Assembly (NCBI GenBank): GCA_051530055.1
Contig: CM121342.1
Location: 11,671,480 to 11,735,479 of the forward strand
Origin: Neoechinorhynchus agilis
Taxonomy: Eukaryota > Animalia > Acanthocephala
Direction of reading: 5' to 3'
Length of the DNA stretch: 64,000 nucleotides
The position numbers and the translations under genes are program-made. How positions within the stretch are numbered: position 1 is the first letter of the stretch; the number at the start of each line of letters is the position of its first letter. Below, piece after piece: positions 63,717 to 64,000 of the stretch. The notes under the pieces were generated by a model. It was not told where the DNA came from. It saw only the letters and a list, made by a program, of their open reading frames with translations, and searched no databases.

Positions 63717-64000
63717 ATGGAGATCATTCGACTAAAAACTGTTGCCCTGATTGCTACCATAATTCACCTCGTCGCGGGATTACCTTCACATAGCGATTAC
63801 AGAAATGCGCCTATTTCGAACAATTTTTCGGTAAAATTTGAGCCGTACAAAACTGGAAAACCCGATGAATATAATTCCGACCTTTATTGCAATCAATATA
63901 TTTTGACATTTTGTCAACCAAATAGCAGTAAATCTCCAACAGCCCAACCAACGACTACTGAGGAGGCCACCACTTCAGAAGAAAAAACAACAACAGAAGA
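63717..64000 (+). CDS. Second copy of the secreted mucin-like gene, truncated by the window edge
   Basis: Matches 51469-51752. Confidence 0.8.
   Translation, partial: MEIIRLKTVALIATIIHLVAGLPSHSDYRNAPISNNFSVKFEPYKTGKPDEYNSDLYCNQYILTFCQPNSSKSPTAQPTTTEEATTSEEKTTTE

Overview
AT-rich, gene-dense eukaryotic DNA, most likely animal. A cnidarian or myxozoan-like parasite is suggested by a minicollagen-like Cys/Pro peptide and by genome compactness, but this is inference only. Recognisable genes: MIX23/CCDC58, ESS2, PPP4C, a K2P channel, two RPLP2-like paralogs, RMI1, ERCC6/CSB, ADAT2, EPS15-like, NDUFA5, a degenerate SETDB-like gene, an intronless slicer-type Argonaute and a duplicated secreted mucin-like gene. 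Mobile and repetitive DNA: CRE-like, CR1/L2-like, Penelope-like (with a hammerhead motif) and Ty3/Gypsy remnants, several MITE/foldback families, and a ~208-bp tandem array. Main observation: most introns are ordinary GT-AG, but at least six conserved genes (MIX23, PPP4C, RMI1, ERCC6, K2P, EPS15-like; possibly ESS2) are interrupted inside conserved motifs by inserts without GT-AG ends. These inserts have locus-specific imperfect terminal inverted repeats and short direct repeats, usually containing TA. They fall into two size classes (~580-650 bp and ~44-70 bp), and precise removal restores the conserved protein. This points to a hairpin-defined non-canonical intron class or IES-like DNA excision. 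All analysis was by eye, coordinates of degenerate elements are approximate, and no database search was run.
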